A stretch of 64,000 nucleotides of DNA, taken from the NCBI GenBank assembly GCA_964016885.1, contig OZ024755.1, positions 43,338,001 through 43,402,000 on the forward strand, in the 5' to 3' direction. A program made the position numbers and the translations under genes. The notes beneath the pieces were generated by a model. It did not search any database and was not told the DNA's origin. It saw only the letters and a list, made by a program, of their open reading frames with translations. Of the stretch, positions 25,301-39,500 are shown piece by piece; position 1 is the first letter of the stretch, and the number at the start of each line of letters is the position of its first letter. Source of the stretch: Eledone cirrhosa (taxonomy: Eukaryota).

Positions 25301-28300
25301 ACTATTAGAAAGAATTCCTAATAATTGCATACTCATACTATTAGAAAGAGCTCCTAATCTTTTCATACTCACACTATTAGAAAGAGTTCCCAATCTTTGC
25401 ATACTCACACTATTAGAAAGAGTTCCTAATCTTTGCATACTCACACTATTAGAAAGACTTCCTAATCTTTGTCTACTATCACTATTAGAAAGAGTGCCTA
25501 ATATTTGCCTACTAACACTATCACAAAGAGTTCCCAATCTTTGCCTACTCACACTATTAGAAAGAGTTCCTAATATTTGCATACTCACACTATTAGAAAG
25601 AGTTCCTAATCTTTGCATACTCACACTATTAGAAAGAGTTCCTTATCTTTTCCTACTAACACTATTAGAAAGAGTTCCTAATCTTTGCCTACTAACACTA
25701 TTAGAAAGAGTTTATAATCTTTGCATACTCACACTATTAGAAAGAGTTCCTAATCTTTGCATACTCGCACTACTAGAAATATATCATAATCTTTGCATAC
25801 TAACACTATTAGAAAGAGTTCCCAATCTTTGCATACTCACACTATTAGAAAGAGTTCCTAATCTTTGCCTACTCACACTATTACAAAGAGTTCCCAATCT
25901 TTGCTTACTCACACTATTAGAAAGAGTTCCTAACCTTTGCATACTCACACTATTAGAAACATTTCCTAATATTTGCATACTCACACTATTAGAAAGAGTT
26001 CCTAATCTTTTCCTACTAACACTTATAGAAAGAGTTCCTACTAACACTATTAGAAAGAGTTCCTAATCTTTTCCTACTAACACTATTAGAAAGCGTTCCT
26101 AATATTTGCATACTCATACTATTAGAAAGAGTTCTGAATCTTTGCATACTCACACTATTAGAAAGAGTTCCTAATTTTTGCATACTCACACTATTAGAAA
26201 GAGTTCTGAATCTTTGCATACTCACACTAATAGAAAGAGTTCCTAATCTTTGCCTACTAATACTATTAGAAAGAGTTCCTAATCTAATCTTTGCCTACAC
26301 ACACTATTAGAAAGAGATCCTAATCTTTGCATACTCACACTATTAGAAAGAGTTCCTAATCTTTGCATACTCACACTATTAGAAAGAGTTCTTAATCTTT
26401 GCATACTCACACTATTAGAAAGAGTCCCTAATCTTTGCATAATCACACTATTAGAAAGAATTCCTAATAATTGCATACTCACACTATTAGAAAGAGCTCC
26501 TAATCTTTTCATACTCACACTATTAGAAAGAGTTCCCAATCTTTGCATACTCACACTATTAGAAAGAGTTCCTAATCTTTGCATACTCACACTATTAGAA
26601 AGACTTCCTAATCTTTGTCTACTATCACTATTAGAAAGAGTGCCTAATATTTGCCTACTAACACTATCACAAAGAGTTCCCAATCTTTGCCTACTCACAC
26701 TATTAGAAAGAGTTCCTAATATTTGCATACTCACACTATTAGAAAGAGTTCCTAATCTTTGCATACTCACACTATTAGAAAGAGTTCCTTATCTTTTCCT
26801 ACTAACACTATTAGAAAGAGTTCCTAATCTTTGCCTACTAACACTATTAGAAAGAGTTTATAATCTTTGCATACTCACACTATTAGAAAGAGTTCCTAAT
26901 CTTTGCATACTCGCACTACTAGAAATATATCATAATCTTTGCATACTAACACTATTAGAAAGAGTTCCCAATCTTTGCATACTCACACTATTAGAAAGAG
27001 TTCCTAATCTTTGCCTACTCACACTATTACAAAGAGTTCCCAATCTTTGCTTACTCACACTATTAGAAAGAGTTCCTAACCTTTGCATACTCACACTATT
27101 AGAAACATTTCCTAATATTTGCATACTCACACTATTAGAAAGAGTTCCTAATCTTTTCCTACTAACACTTATAGAAAGAGTTCCTACTAACACTATTAGA
27201 AAGAGTTCCTAATCTTTTCCTACTAACACTATTAGAAAGCGTTCCTAATATTTGCATACTCATACTATTAGAAAGAGTTCTGAATCTTTGCATACTCACA
27301 CTATTAGAAAGAGTTCCTAATTTTTGCATACTCACACTATTAGAAAGAGTTCTTAATCTTTGCATACTCACACTATTAGAAAGAGTTCCTAATCTTTCCC
27401 TACTAACACTATTAGAAAAATTTCCTAATCTTTGCATACTCACGCTATTAGAAAGACTTCCTAATCTTTGCATACTCACACTATTAGAAAGAGTTCCTAA
27501 TCTTTGCATACTCACACTATTAGAAAGAGTTGCCAATCTTTGCATACTCACACTATTAGAAAGAGTTCCTAATCTTTGCACACTCACACTATTAGAAAGA
27601 GTTCCCAATCTTTGCATACTAACACTATTAGAAATAGTTCCTAATCTTTTCCTACTAACACTATTAGAAAGATTCCTAATCTTTGCATACTCACACTATT
27701 AGAAAGAGTTCCTAATCTTTGCATACTCACACTATTAGAAAGAGTTCCTAATCTTTGCCTACTCACACTATTAGAAAGAGTTCCTAATCTTTGCATACTC
27801 ACACTATTAGAAAGAATTCCTAATCTTTGTCTACTATCACTATTAGAAAGAGTTCCTAATCTTTGCCTACGCACACTATTAGAAAGAGTTCCTAATCTAA
27901 TCTTTGCATACTCACACTACTAGAAATATACCATAATCTTTGCATACTCACACTATTAGAAAGAGTTCCTAATCTTTGTATACTCATACTATTAGAAAGA
28001 GTTCCTAATCTTTTCTCACTAACACTTTTAGAAAGAGTTCCTACTAACACTATTAGAAAGAGTTCCTAATCTTTGCCTACTAACATTATTACAAAGAGTT
28101 CCCAATCTTTGCCTACTCACACTATTAGAAAGAGTTCCTAATCTTTGCATACTCACACTATTAGAAAGAGTTCCTAATATTTGCATACTCACACTATTAG
28201 AAAGAGTTCCTAATCTTTTCCTACTAACACTTTCAGAAAGAGTTCCTTATCTTTTCCTACTAACACTATTAGAAAGAATTCCTAATCTTCGCCTACTAAC

Positions 28301-28430
28301 ACTATTAGAAAGAGTTCCTAATATTTTCTTACTAACACTTTTAGAAAGAGTTCCTACTAACACTATTAGAAAGAGTTCCTAATCTTTGCCTACTCACACT
28401 ATTACAAAGAGTTCCCAATCTTTGCCTACT
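19325..28430. repeat. Large duplication, offset 5551 bp, each copy containing a nested 1146-bp (32-monomer) tandem repeat
   Basis: Pairs 19325/24876, 19582/25133, 20728/26279, 21611/27162 and 22090/27641 differ by 5551. Pairs 19582/20728, 25133/26279 and 15113/16259 differ by 1146 = 30x36+41+25. Confidence 0.9.
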
Positions 28431-31400
28431 CACACTATTAGAAAGAGTTCCTAATCTTTGCATACTCACACTATTAGAAAGAGTTCCTAATCTAATGTTT
28501 GCCTACACACACTATTAGAAAGAGATCCTAATCTTTGCATACTCACACTATTAGAATGTTTTCCTAATCTTTGCATACTCACACTATTAGAAAGAGTTCC
28601 TAATCTTAGCATACTCACACTATTAGAAAGAGTTCCCAATCTTTGCATACTCACACTATTAGAAAGAGTTCCTAATCTTTGCATACTCAGACTAATAGAA
28701 AGAGTTCCCAATCTTTGCATACTCACACTATTAGAAAGAGTTCCTAATCTTTGCATACTCACACTATTAGAATGTTTTCCTAATCTTTGCATACTCACAC
28801 TATTAGAAAGAGTTCCTAATCTTTGCATACTCACACTATTAGAAAGAGTTCCCAATCTTTGCATACTCACACTATTGGAAAGAGTTCCTAATCTTTGCAT
28901 ACTCAGACTAATAGAAAGAGTTCCTAATCTTTGCCTACTAATACTATTAGAAAGAGTTCCTAATCTTTGCATACTCACACTATTAGAAAGAGTTCCTAAT
29001 CTTTGCCTACGCACACTATTAGAAAGAGTTCCTAATCTTTTCTTACTAACACTTTTAGAAAGAGTTCCTACTAACACTATTAGAAAGAGTTCCTAATCTT
29101 TGCCTACTAACATTATTACAAAGAGTTCCCAATCTTTGCCTACTCACACTATTAGAAAGAGTTCCTAATCTTTGCATACTCACACTATTAGAAAGAGTTC
29201 CTAATATTTGCATACTCACACTATTAGAAAGAGTTCCTAATCTTTTCCTACTAACACTTTCAGAAAGAGTTCCTTATCTTTTCCTACTAACACTATTAGA
29301 AAGAGTTCCTAATCTTCGCCTACTAACACTATTAGAAAGAGTTCCCAATCTTTGCATACTCACACTATTAGAAAGAGTTCCTAATCTTTGCATACTCACA
29401 CTATTAGAAAGAGTTCCTAATCTTTGTCTACTATCACTATTAGAAAGAGTTCCTAATCTTTGCCTACTCACACTATTACAAAGAGTTCCCAATCTTTGCC
29501 TACTCACACTAGTAGAAAGAGTTCCTAATCTTTGCATACTCACACTATTAGAAAGAGTTCCTAATCTTTGCATACTCATACTATTAGAAAGAGTTCCTAA
29601 TCTTTGCATACTCACACTATTAGAAAGAGTTCCTAATCTAATCTTTGCCTAATCACACTATTAGAAAGAATTCCTAATCTTTGCATACTCACACTATTAG
29701 AAAGAGTTCCTAATCTTTGCATACTCACACTATTAGAAAGAGTTCCCAATCTTTGCATACTCACACTATTAGAAAGAGTTCCTAATCTTTGCATACTCAC
29801 ACTAATAGAAAGAGTTCCTAATCTTTGCCTACTAATACTATTAGAAAGAGTTCCTAATCTAATCTTTGCCTACGCACACTATTAGAAAGAGATCCTAATC
29901 TTTGCATACTCACACTATTAGAAAGTTTTCCTAATCTTTGCCTACTCACACTATTAGAAAGAGTTCCCAATCTTTGCATACTCACACTATTAGAAAGAGT
30001 TCCTAATCTTTGCAAACTCACACTATTAGAAAGAGTTCCTAATCTAATCTTTGCCTACACACACTATTAGAAAGAGTTCCTAATTTTTGGATAGTCACAC
30101 TATGAGAAAGAGTTCCTAATCTTTGCATACTCTCACTATTAGAAAGAGTTCATAATCTTTGCATACTCACACTATTAGAAATAGTTCCTAATCCTTGCAT
30201 ACTCACACTATTAGAAAGAGTTCCCAATCTTTGCCTACTTGCACTATTAGAAAGAGTTCCTAATCTTTGCATACTCACACTATTAGAAAGAGTTCCTAAT
30301 CTTTGCATACTCACACTATTAGAAAGAGTTGCCAATCTTTGCATACTCACACTATTAGAAAGAGTTCTTAATCTTTGTATACTCACACTATTAGAAAGAG
30401 TTCCCAATCTTTGCATACTCACACTATTAGAAAGACTTCCTAATCTTTGCATACTCACACTATTAGAAAGAGTTCCTAATCTTTGTATACACATACTATT
30501 AGAAAGAGTTCCTAATCTTTTCTTACTAACACTTTTAGAAAGAGTTCCTACTAACACTATTAGAAAGAGTTCCTAATCTTTGCCTACTAACATTATTACA
30601 AAGAGTTCCCAATCTTTGCCTACTCACAGTATTAGAAAGAGTTCCTAATCTTTGCATACTCACACTATTAGAAAGAGTTCCTAATATTTGCATACTCACA
30701 CTATTAGAAAGAGTTCGTAATCTTTTCCTACTAACACTTTCAGAAAGAGTTCCTTATCTTTTCCTACTAACACTATTAGAAAGAATTCCTAATCTTCGCC
30801 TACTAACACTATTAGAAAGAGTTCCTAATCTTTTCTTACTAACACTTTTAGAAAGAGTTCCTACTAACACTATTAGAAAGAGTTCCTAATCTTTGCCTAC
30901 TCACACTATTACAAAGAGTTCCCAATCTTTGCCTACTCACACTATTAGAAAGAGTTCCTAATCTTTGCATACTCACACTATTAGAAAGAGTTCCTAATAT
31001 TTGCATACTCATACTATTAGAAAGAGTTCCTAATCTTTGCATACTCACACAATTAGAAACAGTTCCTAATCTAATCTTTGCCTACTCACACTATTAGAAA
31101 GTGTTCCTGACCTTTGCATACTCACACTATTAGAAAAAGATCCCAATCTTTGCCTACTCACACTATTAGAAAGAGTTCCTAATCTTTGCATACTCACACT
31201 ATTAGAAAGAGTTCCTAATCTAATGTTTGCCTACACACACTATTAGAAAGAGATCCTAATCTTTGCATACTCACACTATTAGAATGTTTTCCTAATCTTT
31301 GCATACTCACACTATTAGAAAGAGTTCCTAATCTTAGCATACTCACACTATTAGAAAGAGTTCCCAATCTTTGCATACTCACACTATTAGAAAGAGTTCC

Positions 31401-32249
31401 TAATCTTTGCATACTCAGACTAATAGAAAGAGTTCCCAATCTTTGCATACTCACACTATTAGAAAGAGTTCCTAATCTTTGCATACTCACACTATTAGAA
31501 TGTTTTCCTAATCTTTGCATACTCACACTATTAGAAAGAGTTCCTAATCTTTGCATACTCACACTATTAGAAAGAGTTCCCAATCTTTGCATACTCACAC
31601 TATTGGAAAGAGTTCCTAATCTTTGCATACTCAGACTAATAGAAAGAGTTCCTAATCTTTGCCTACTAATACTATTAGAAAGAGTTCCTAATCTAATCTT
31701 TGCCTACACACACTATTAGAAAGAGATCCTAATCTTTGCATACTCACACTATTAGAAAGAGTTCCTAATCTTTGCCTACGCACACTATTAGAAAGAGTTC
31801 CTAATCTTTTCTTACTAACACTTTTAGAAAGAGTTCCTACTAACACTATTAGAAAGAGTTCCTAATCTTTGCCTACTAACATTATTACAAAGAGTTCCCA
31901 ATCTTTGCCTACTCACACTATTAGAAAGAGTTCCTAATCTTTGCATACTCACACTATTAGAAAGAGTTCCTAATATTTGCATACTCACACTATTAGAAAG
32001 AGTTCCTAATCTTTTCCTACTAACACTTTCAGAAAGAGTTCCTTATCTTTTCCTACTAACACTATTAGAAAGAGTTCCTAATCTTCGCCTACTAACACTA
32101 TTAGAAAGAGTTCCTAATCTTTGCATACTCACACTATTAGAAAGAGTTCCTAATCTTTGCATACTCACACTATTAGAAAGAGTTCCTAATCTTTGTCTAC
32201 TATCACTATTAGAAAGAGTTCCTAATCTTTGCCTACTCACACTATTACA

Positions 32250-35200
32250 AAGAGTTCCCAATCTTTGCCTACTCACACTATTAGAAAGAGTTCCTAATCT
32301 TTGCATACTCACACTATTAGAAAGAGTTCCTAATCTTTGCATACTCATACTATTAGAAAGAGTTCCTAATCTTTGCATACTCACACTATTAGAAAGAGTT
32401 CCTAATCTAATCTTTGCCTAATCACACTATTAGAAAGAATTCCTAATCTTTGCATACTCACACTATTAGAAAGAGTTCCTAATCTAATCTTTGCCTACAC
32501 ACACTATTAGAAAGAGATCCTAATCTTTGCATACTCACACTATTAGAATGTTTTCCTAATCTTTGCATACTCACACTATTAGAAAGAGTTCCTAATCTTT
32601 GCATACTCACACTATTAGAAAGAGTTCCCAATCTTTGCATACTCACACTATTAGAAAGAGTTCCTAATCTTTGCATACTCACACTAATAGAAAGAGTTCC
32701 TAATCTTTGCCTACTAATACTATTAGAAAGAGTTCCTAATCTAATCTTTGCCTACACACACTATTAGAAAGAGATCCTAATCTTTGCATACTCACACTAT
32801 TAGAAAGTTTTCCTAATCTTTGCCTACTCACACTATTAGAAAGAGTTCCCAATCTTTGCATACTCACACTATTAGAAAGAGTTCCTAATCTTTGCAAACT
32901 CACACTATTAGAAAGAGTTCCTAATCTAATCTTTGCCTACACACACTATTAGAAAGAGTTCCTAATTTTTGGATACTCACACTATGAGAAAGAGTTCCTA
33001 ATCTTTGCATACTCTCACTATTAGAAAGAGTTCATAATCTTTGCATACTCACACTATTAGAAATAGTTCCTAATCCTTGCATACTCACACTATTAGAAAG
33101 AGTTCCCAATCTTTGCCTACTTGCACTATTAGAAAGAGATCCTAATCTTTGCATACTCACACTATTAGAAAGAGTTCCTAATCTTTGCATACTCACACTA
33201 TTAGAAAGAGTTGCCAATCTTTGCATACTCACACTATTAGAAAGAGTTCTTAATCTTTGCATACTCACACTATTAGAAAGAGTTCCCAATCTTTGCATAC
33301 TCACACTATTAGAAAGACTTCCTAATCTTTGCATACTCACACTATTAGAAAGAGTTCCTAATCTTTGTCTACTATCACTATTAGAAAGAGTTCCTAATCT
33401 TTGCCTACTCACACTATTACAAAGAGTTCCCAATTTTTGCCTACTCACAATATTAGAAAGAGTTCCTAATCTTTGCATACTCACACTATTAGAAAGAGTT
33501 CCTAATCTTTGCATACTCACACTAATAGAAAGAGTTACTAATCTTTGCCTACTAATACTATTAGAAAGAGTTCCTAATCTAATCTTTGCCTACACACACT
33601 ATTAGAAAGATCCTAATCTTTGCATACTCACACTATTAGAAAGTTTTCCTAATCTTTGCCTACTCACACTATTAGAAAGAGTTCCCAATCTTTGCATACT
33701 CACACTATTAGAAAGAGTTCCTAATCTTTGCAAACTCACACTATTAGAAAGAGTTCCTAATCTAATCTTTGCCTACACACACTATTAGAAAGAGTTCCTA
33801 ATTTTTGGATACTCACACTATGAGAAAGAGTTCCTAATCTTTGCATACTCTCACTATTACAAAGAGTTCCCAATCTTTGCCTACTCATACTATTAGAAAG
33901 AGTTCCTAATCTTTGCCTACTAACACTATTAGAAAGAGTTCCTAATCTTTGCATACTCACACTATGAGAAAGAGTTCCTAATCTTTGCATGCACACACTA
34001 TTACAAAGAGTTCCCAATCTTTGCTTACTCACACTTTTAGAATGAGTTCCTTATCTTTTCCTACTAACACTATTAGAAAGAGTTCCTAATCTTTGCCTAC
34101 TAACACTATTTGAAAGAGTTCATAATCTTTGCATACTCACACTATTAGAAAGAGTTCCTAATCTTTGCATACTCACACTATTACAAAGAGTTCCCAATCT
34201 TTGCCTACTCACACTATTAGAAAGAGTTCCTAATCTTTGCATACTCACACTATTAGAAAGAGTTCCTAATCTTTGCATACTCATACTATTAGAAAGAGTT
34301 CCTAATCTTTGCATACTCACACTATTAGAAAGAGTTCCTAATCTAATCTTTGCCTAATCACACTATTAGAAAGAATTCCTAATCTTTGCATACTCACACT
34401 ATTAGAAAGAGTTCCTAATCTAATCTTTGCCTACACACACTATTAGAAAGAGATCCTAATCTTTGCATACTCACACTATTAGAATGTTTTCCTAATCTTT
34501 GCATACTCACACTATTAGAAAGAGTTCCTAATCTTTGCATACTCACACTATTAGAAAGAGTTCCCAATCTTTGCATACTCACACTATTAGAAAGAGTTCC
34601 TAATCTTTGCATACTCACACTAATAGAAAGAGTTCCTAATCTTTGCCTACTAATACTATTAGAAAGAGTTCCTAATCTAATCTTTGCCTACACACACTAT
34701 TAGAAAGAGATCCTAATCTTTGCATACTCACACTATTAGAAAGTTTTCCTAATCTTTGCCTACTCACACTATTAGAAAGAGTTCCCAATCTTTGCATACT
34801 CACACTATTAGAAAGAGTTCCTAATCTTTGCAAACTCACACTATTAGAAAGAGTTCCGAATCTAATCTTTGCCTACACACACTATTAGAAAGAGTTCCTA
34901 ATTTTTGGATACTCACACTATGAGAAAGAGTTCCTAATCTTTGCATACTCTCACTATTAGAAAGAGTTCATAATCTTTGCATACTCACACTATTAGAAAT
35001 AGTTCCTAATCCTTGCATACTCACACTATTAGAAAGAGTTCCCAATCTTTGCCTACTTGCACTATTAGAAAGAGTTCCTAATCTTTGCATACTCACACTA
35101 TTAGAAAGAGTTCCTAATCTTTGCATACTCACACTATTAGAAAGAGTTGCCAATCTTTGCATACTCACACTATTAGAAAGAGTTCTTAATCTTTGCATAC

Positions 35201-36100
35201 TCACACTATTAGAAAGAGTTCCCAATCTTTGCATACTCACACTATTAGAAAGACTTCCTAATCTTTGCATACTCACACTATTAGAAAGAGTTCCTAATCT
35301 TTGTCTACTATCACTATTAGAAAGAGTTCCTAATCTTTGCCTACTCACACTATTACAAAGAGTTCCCAATTTTTGCCTACTCACAATATTAGAAAGAGTT
35401 CCTAATCTTTGCATACTCACACTATTAGAAAGAGTTCCTAATCTTTGCATACTCACACTAATAGAAAGAGTTACTAATCTTTGCCTACTAATACTATTAG
35501 AAAGAGTTCCTAATCTAATCTTTGCCTACACACACTATTAGAAAGATCCTAATCTTTGCATACTCACACTATTAGAAAGTTTTCCTAATCTTTGCCTACT
35601 CACACTATTAGAAAGAGTTCCCAATCTTTGCATACTCACACTATTAGAAAGAGTTCCTAATCTTTGCAAACTCACACTATTAGAAAGAGTTCCTAATCTA
35701 ATCTTTGCCTACACACTATTAGAAAGAGTTCCTAATTTTTGGATACTCACACTATGAGAAAGAGTTCCTAATCTTTGCATACTCTCACTATTACAAAGAG
35801 TTCCCAATCTTTGCCTACTCATACTATTAGAAAGAGTTCCTAATCTTTGCCTACTAACACTATTAGAAAGAGTTCCTAATCTTTGCATACTCACACTATG
35901 AGAAAGAGTTCCTAATCTTTGCATGCACACACTATTACAAAGAGTTCCCAATCTTTGCTTACTCACACTTTTAGAATGAGTTCCTTATCTTTTCCTACTA
36001 ACACTATTAGAAAGAGTTCCTAATCTTTGCCTACTAACACTATTTGAAAGAGTTCATAATCTTTGCATACTCACACTATTAGAAAGAGTTCCTAATCTTT
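32250..36100. repeat. Tandem higher-order repeat, ~2 x 1936 bp
   Basis: Pairs 32479/34415 and 33032/34968 differ by 1936. Shared markers TTTTTGGATACTC, CTTTTAGAATGAG and TATTTGAAAG. Confidence 0.85.
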
Positions 36101-36599
36101 GCATACTCACACTATTAGAAAGAGTTCCCAATCTTTGCATACTCACACTATTAGAAAGAGTTCCTAATCTTTGCATACTCACACTAATAGAAAGAGTTCC
36201 TAATCTTTGCCTACTAATACTATTAGAAAGAGTTCCTAATCTAATCTTTGCCTACACACACTATTAGAAAGAGATCCTAATCTTTGCATACTCACACTAT
36301 TAGAAAGTTTTCCTAATCTTTGCCTACTCACACTATTAGAAAGAGTTCCCAATCTTTGCATACTCACACTATTAGAAAGAGTTCCTAATCTTTGCAAACT
36401 CACACTATTAGAAAGAGTTCCTAATCTAATCTTTGCCTACACACACTATTAGAAAGAGTTCCTAATTTTTGGATACTCACACTATGAGAAAGAGTTCCTA
36501 ATCTTTGCATACTCTCACTATTAGAAAGAGTTCATAATCTTTGCATACTCACACTATTAGAAATAGTTCCTAATCCTTGCATACTCACACTATTAGAAA

Positions 36600-39500
36600 G
36601 AGTTCCCAATCTTTGCCTACTTGCACTATTAGAAAGAGTTCCTAATCTTTGCATACTCACACTATTAGAAAGAGTTCCTAATCTTTGCATACTCACACTA
36701 TTAGAAAGAGTTGCCAATCTTTGCATACTCACACTATTAGAAAGAGTTCTTAATCTTTGCATACTCACACTATTAGAAAGAGTTCCCAATCTTTGCATAC
36801 TCACACTATTAGAAAGACTTCCTAATCTTTGCATACTCACACTATTAGAAAGAGTTCCTAATCTTTGTCTACTATCACTATTAGAAAGAGTTCCTAATCT
36901 TTGCCTACTCACACTATTACAAAGAGTTCCCAATTTGTGCCTACTCACAATATTAGAAAGAGTTCCTAATCTTTGCATACTCACACTATTAGAAAGAGTA
37001 CCTAATCTTTGCATACTCACACTAATAGAAAGAGTTACTAATCTTTGCCTACTAATACTATTAGAAAGAGTTCCTAATCTAATCTTTGCCTACACACACT
37101 ATTAGAAAGATCCTAATCTTTGCATACTCACACTATTAGAAAGAGTTCTTAATCTTTGCATAATCACACTATTAGAAAGAGTTCCTAATTTTTGCATACT
37201 CACACTATTAGAAAGAGTTCTTAATCTTTGCATACTCACACTATTAGAAAGAGTTCCTAATCTTTCCCTACTAACACTATTAGAAAGATTTCCTAATCTT
37301 TGCATACTCACACTATTAGAAAGAGTTGCCAATCTTTGCATACTCACACTATTAGAAAGAGTTCCTAATTTTTGCATACTCACACTATTAGAAAGAGTTC
37401 CTAATCTTTGCATACTCATACTATTAGAAAGAGTTCCTAATCTTTTCTTACTAACACTTTTAGAAAGAGTTCCTACTAACACTATTAGAAAGATTTCCTA
37501 ATCTTTGCATACTCACACTATTAGAAAGAGTTCCTAATCTTTGCATACTCACACTATTAGAAAGAGTTCCTAATCTTTGCATACTCACACTATTAGAAAG
37601 AGTTCCTAATCTTTTCCTACTAACACTTTTAGAAAGAGTTCCTTATCTTTTCCTACTAACACTATTAGAAAGAGTTCCTAATCTTCACCTACTAACACTA
37701 TTAGAAAGAGTTCCTAATCTTTGCATACTCACACTATTAGAAAGAGTTCCTAATCTTTGCCTACTCACACTATTACAAAGAGTTCCCAATCTTTGCCTAC
37801 TCACACTATTAGAAAGAGTTCCTAATCTTTGCATACTCACACTATTAGAAAGAGTTCCTAATCTTTGCATACTCATACTATTAGAAGGAGTTCCTAATCT
37901 TTGCATACTCACACTATTAGAAAGAGTTCCTAATCTAATCTTTGCCTACTCACACTATTAGAAAGTGTTCCTGACCTTTGCATACTCACACTATTAGAAA
38001 GAGTTCCTAATCTTTGAATACTCACACTATTAGAAAGAGTTCCTAATCTTTGCATACTCATACTATTAGAAAGAATTCCTAATCTTTGCATACTCACACT
38101 ATTAGAAAGAGATCCCAATCTTTGCATACTCACACTATTAGAAAGAGTTCCTAATCTTTGCATACTCACACTAATAGAAATAGTTCCTAATCTTTGCATA
38201 CTAACACTAATAGAAAGAGTTCCTAATCTTTGCCTACTAACACTATTAGAAAGAGTTCCCAATCTTTGCCTACTCACACTATTAGAAAGAGTTCCCAATC
38301 TTTGCATACTCACACTATTAGAAAGAGTTCCTAATCTTTGCAAACTCACACTATTAGAAAGAGTTCCTAATCTAATCTTTGCATACTCACACTATTAGAA
38401 AGAGTTCCTAATCTTTGCATACTCACACTAATAGAAAGAGTTCCTAATCTTTGCCTACTAACACTAATAGAAAGAGTTCCTAATCTTTGCCTACTAACAC
38501 TATTAGAAAGAGTTCCTAATTTTTGCATACTCACACTATTAGAAAGAGTTCTTAATCTTTGCATACTCACACAATTCGAAAGTGTTCCTAATCTAATCTT
38601 TGCATACTCACACTATTAGAAAGAGTTGCCAATCTTTGCATACTCACACTATTAGAAAGAGTTCCTAATCTTTGCATACTCACACTATTAGAAAGAGTTC
38701 CCAATCTTTGCATACTAACACTATTAGAAAGAGTTCCTAATCATTTCCTACTAACACTATTAGAAAGATTCCTAATCTTTGCATACTCACACTATTAGAA
38801 AGAGTTCCTAATCTAATCTTTGCCTACTCACACTATTAGAAAGTGTTCCTGACCTTTGCATACTCACACTATTAGAAAGAGTTCCCAATCTTTGCCTACT
38901 TGCACTATTAGAAAGAGTTCCTAATCTTTGCATACTCACACTATTAGAAAGAGTTCCTAATCTTTGCATACTCACACTATTAGAAAGAGTTGCCAATCTT
39001 TGCATACTCACACTATTAGAAAGAGTTCTTAATCTTTGCATACTCACACTATTAGAAAGAGTTCCCAATCTTTGCATACTCACACTATTAGAAAGACTTC
39101 CTAATCTTTGCATACTCACACTATTAGAAAGAGTTCCTAATCTTTGTCTACTATCACTATTAGAAAGAGTTCCTAATCTTTGCCTACTCACACTATTACA
39201 AAGAGTTCCCAATTTGTGCCTACTCACAATATTAGAAAGAGTTCCTAATCTTTGCATACTCACACTATTAGAAAGAGTACCTAATCTTTGCATACTCACA
39301 CTAATAGAAAGAGTTACTAATCTTTGCCTACTAATACTATTAGAAAGAGTTCCTAATCTAATCTTTGCCTACACACACTATTAGAAAGATCCTAATCTTT
39401 GCATACTCACACTATTAGAAAGAGTTCTTAATCTTTGCATAATCACACTATTAGAAAGAGTTCCTAATTTTTGCATACTCACACTATTAGAAAGAGTTCT

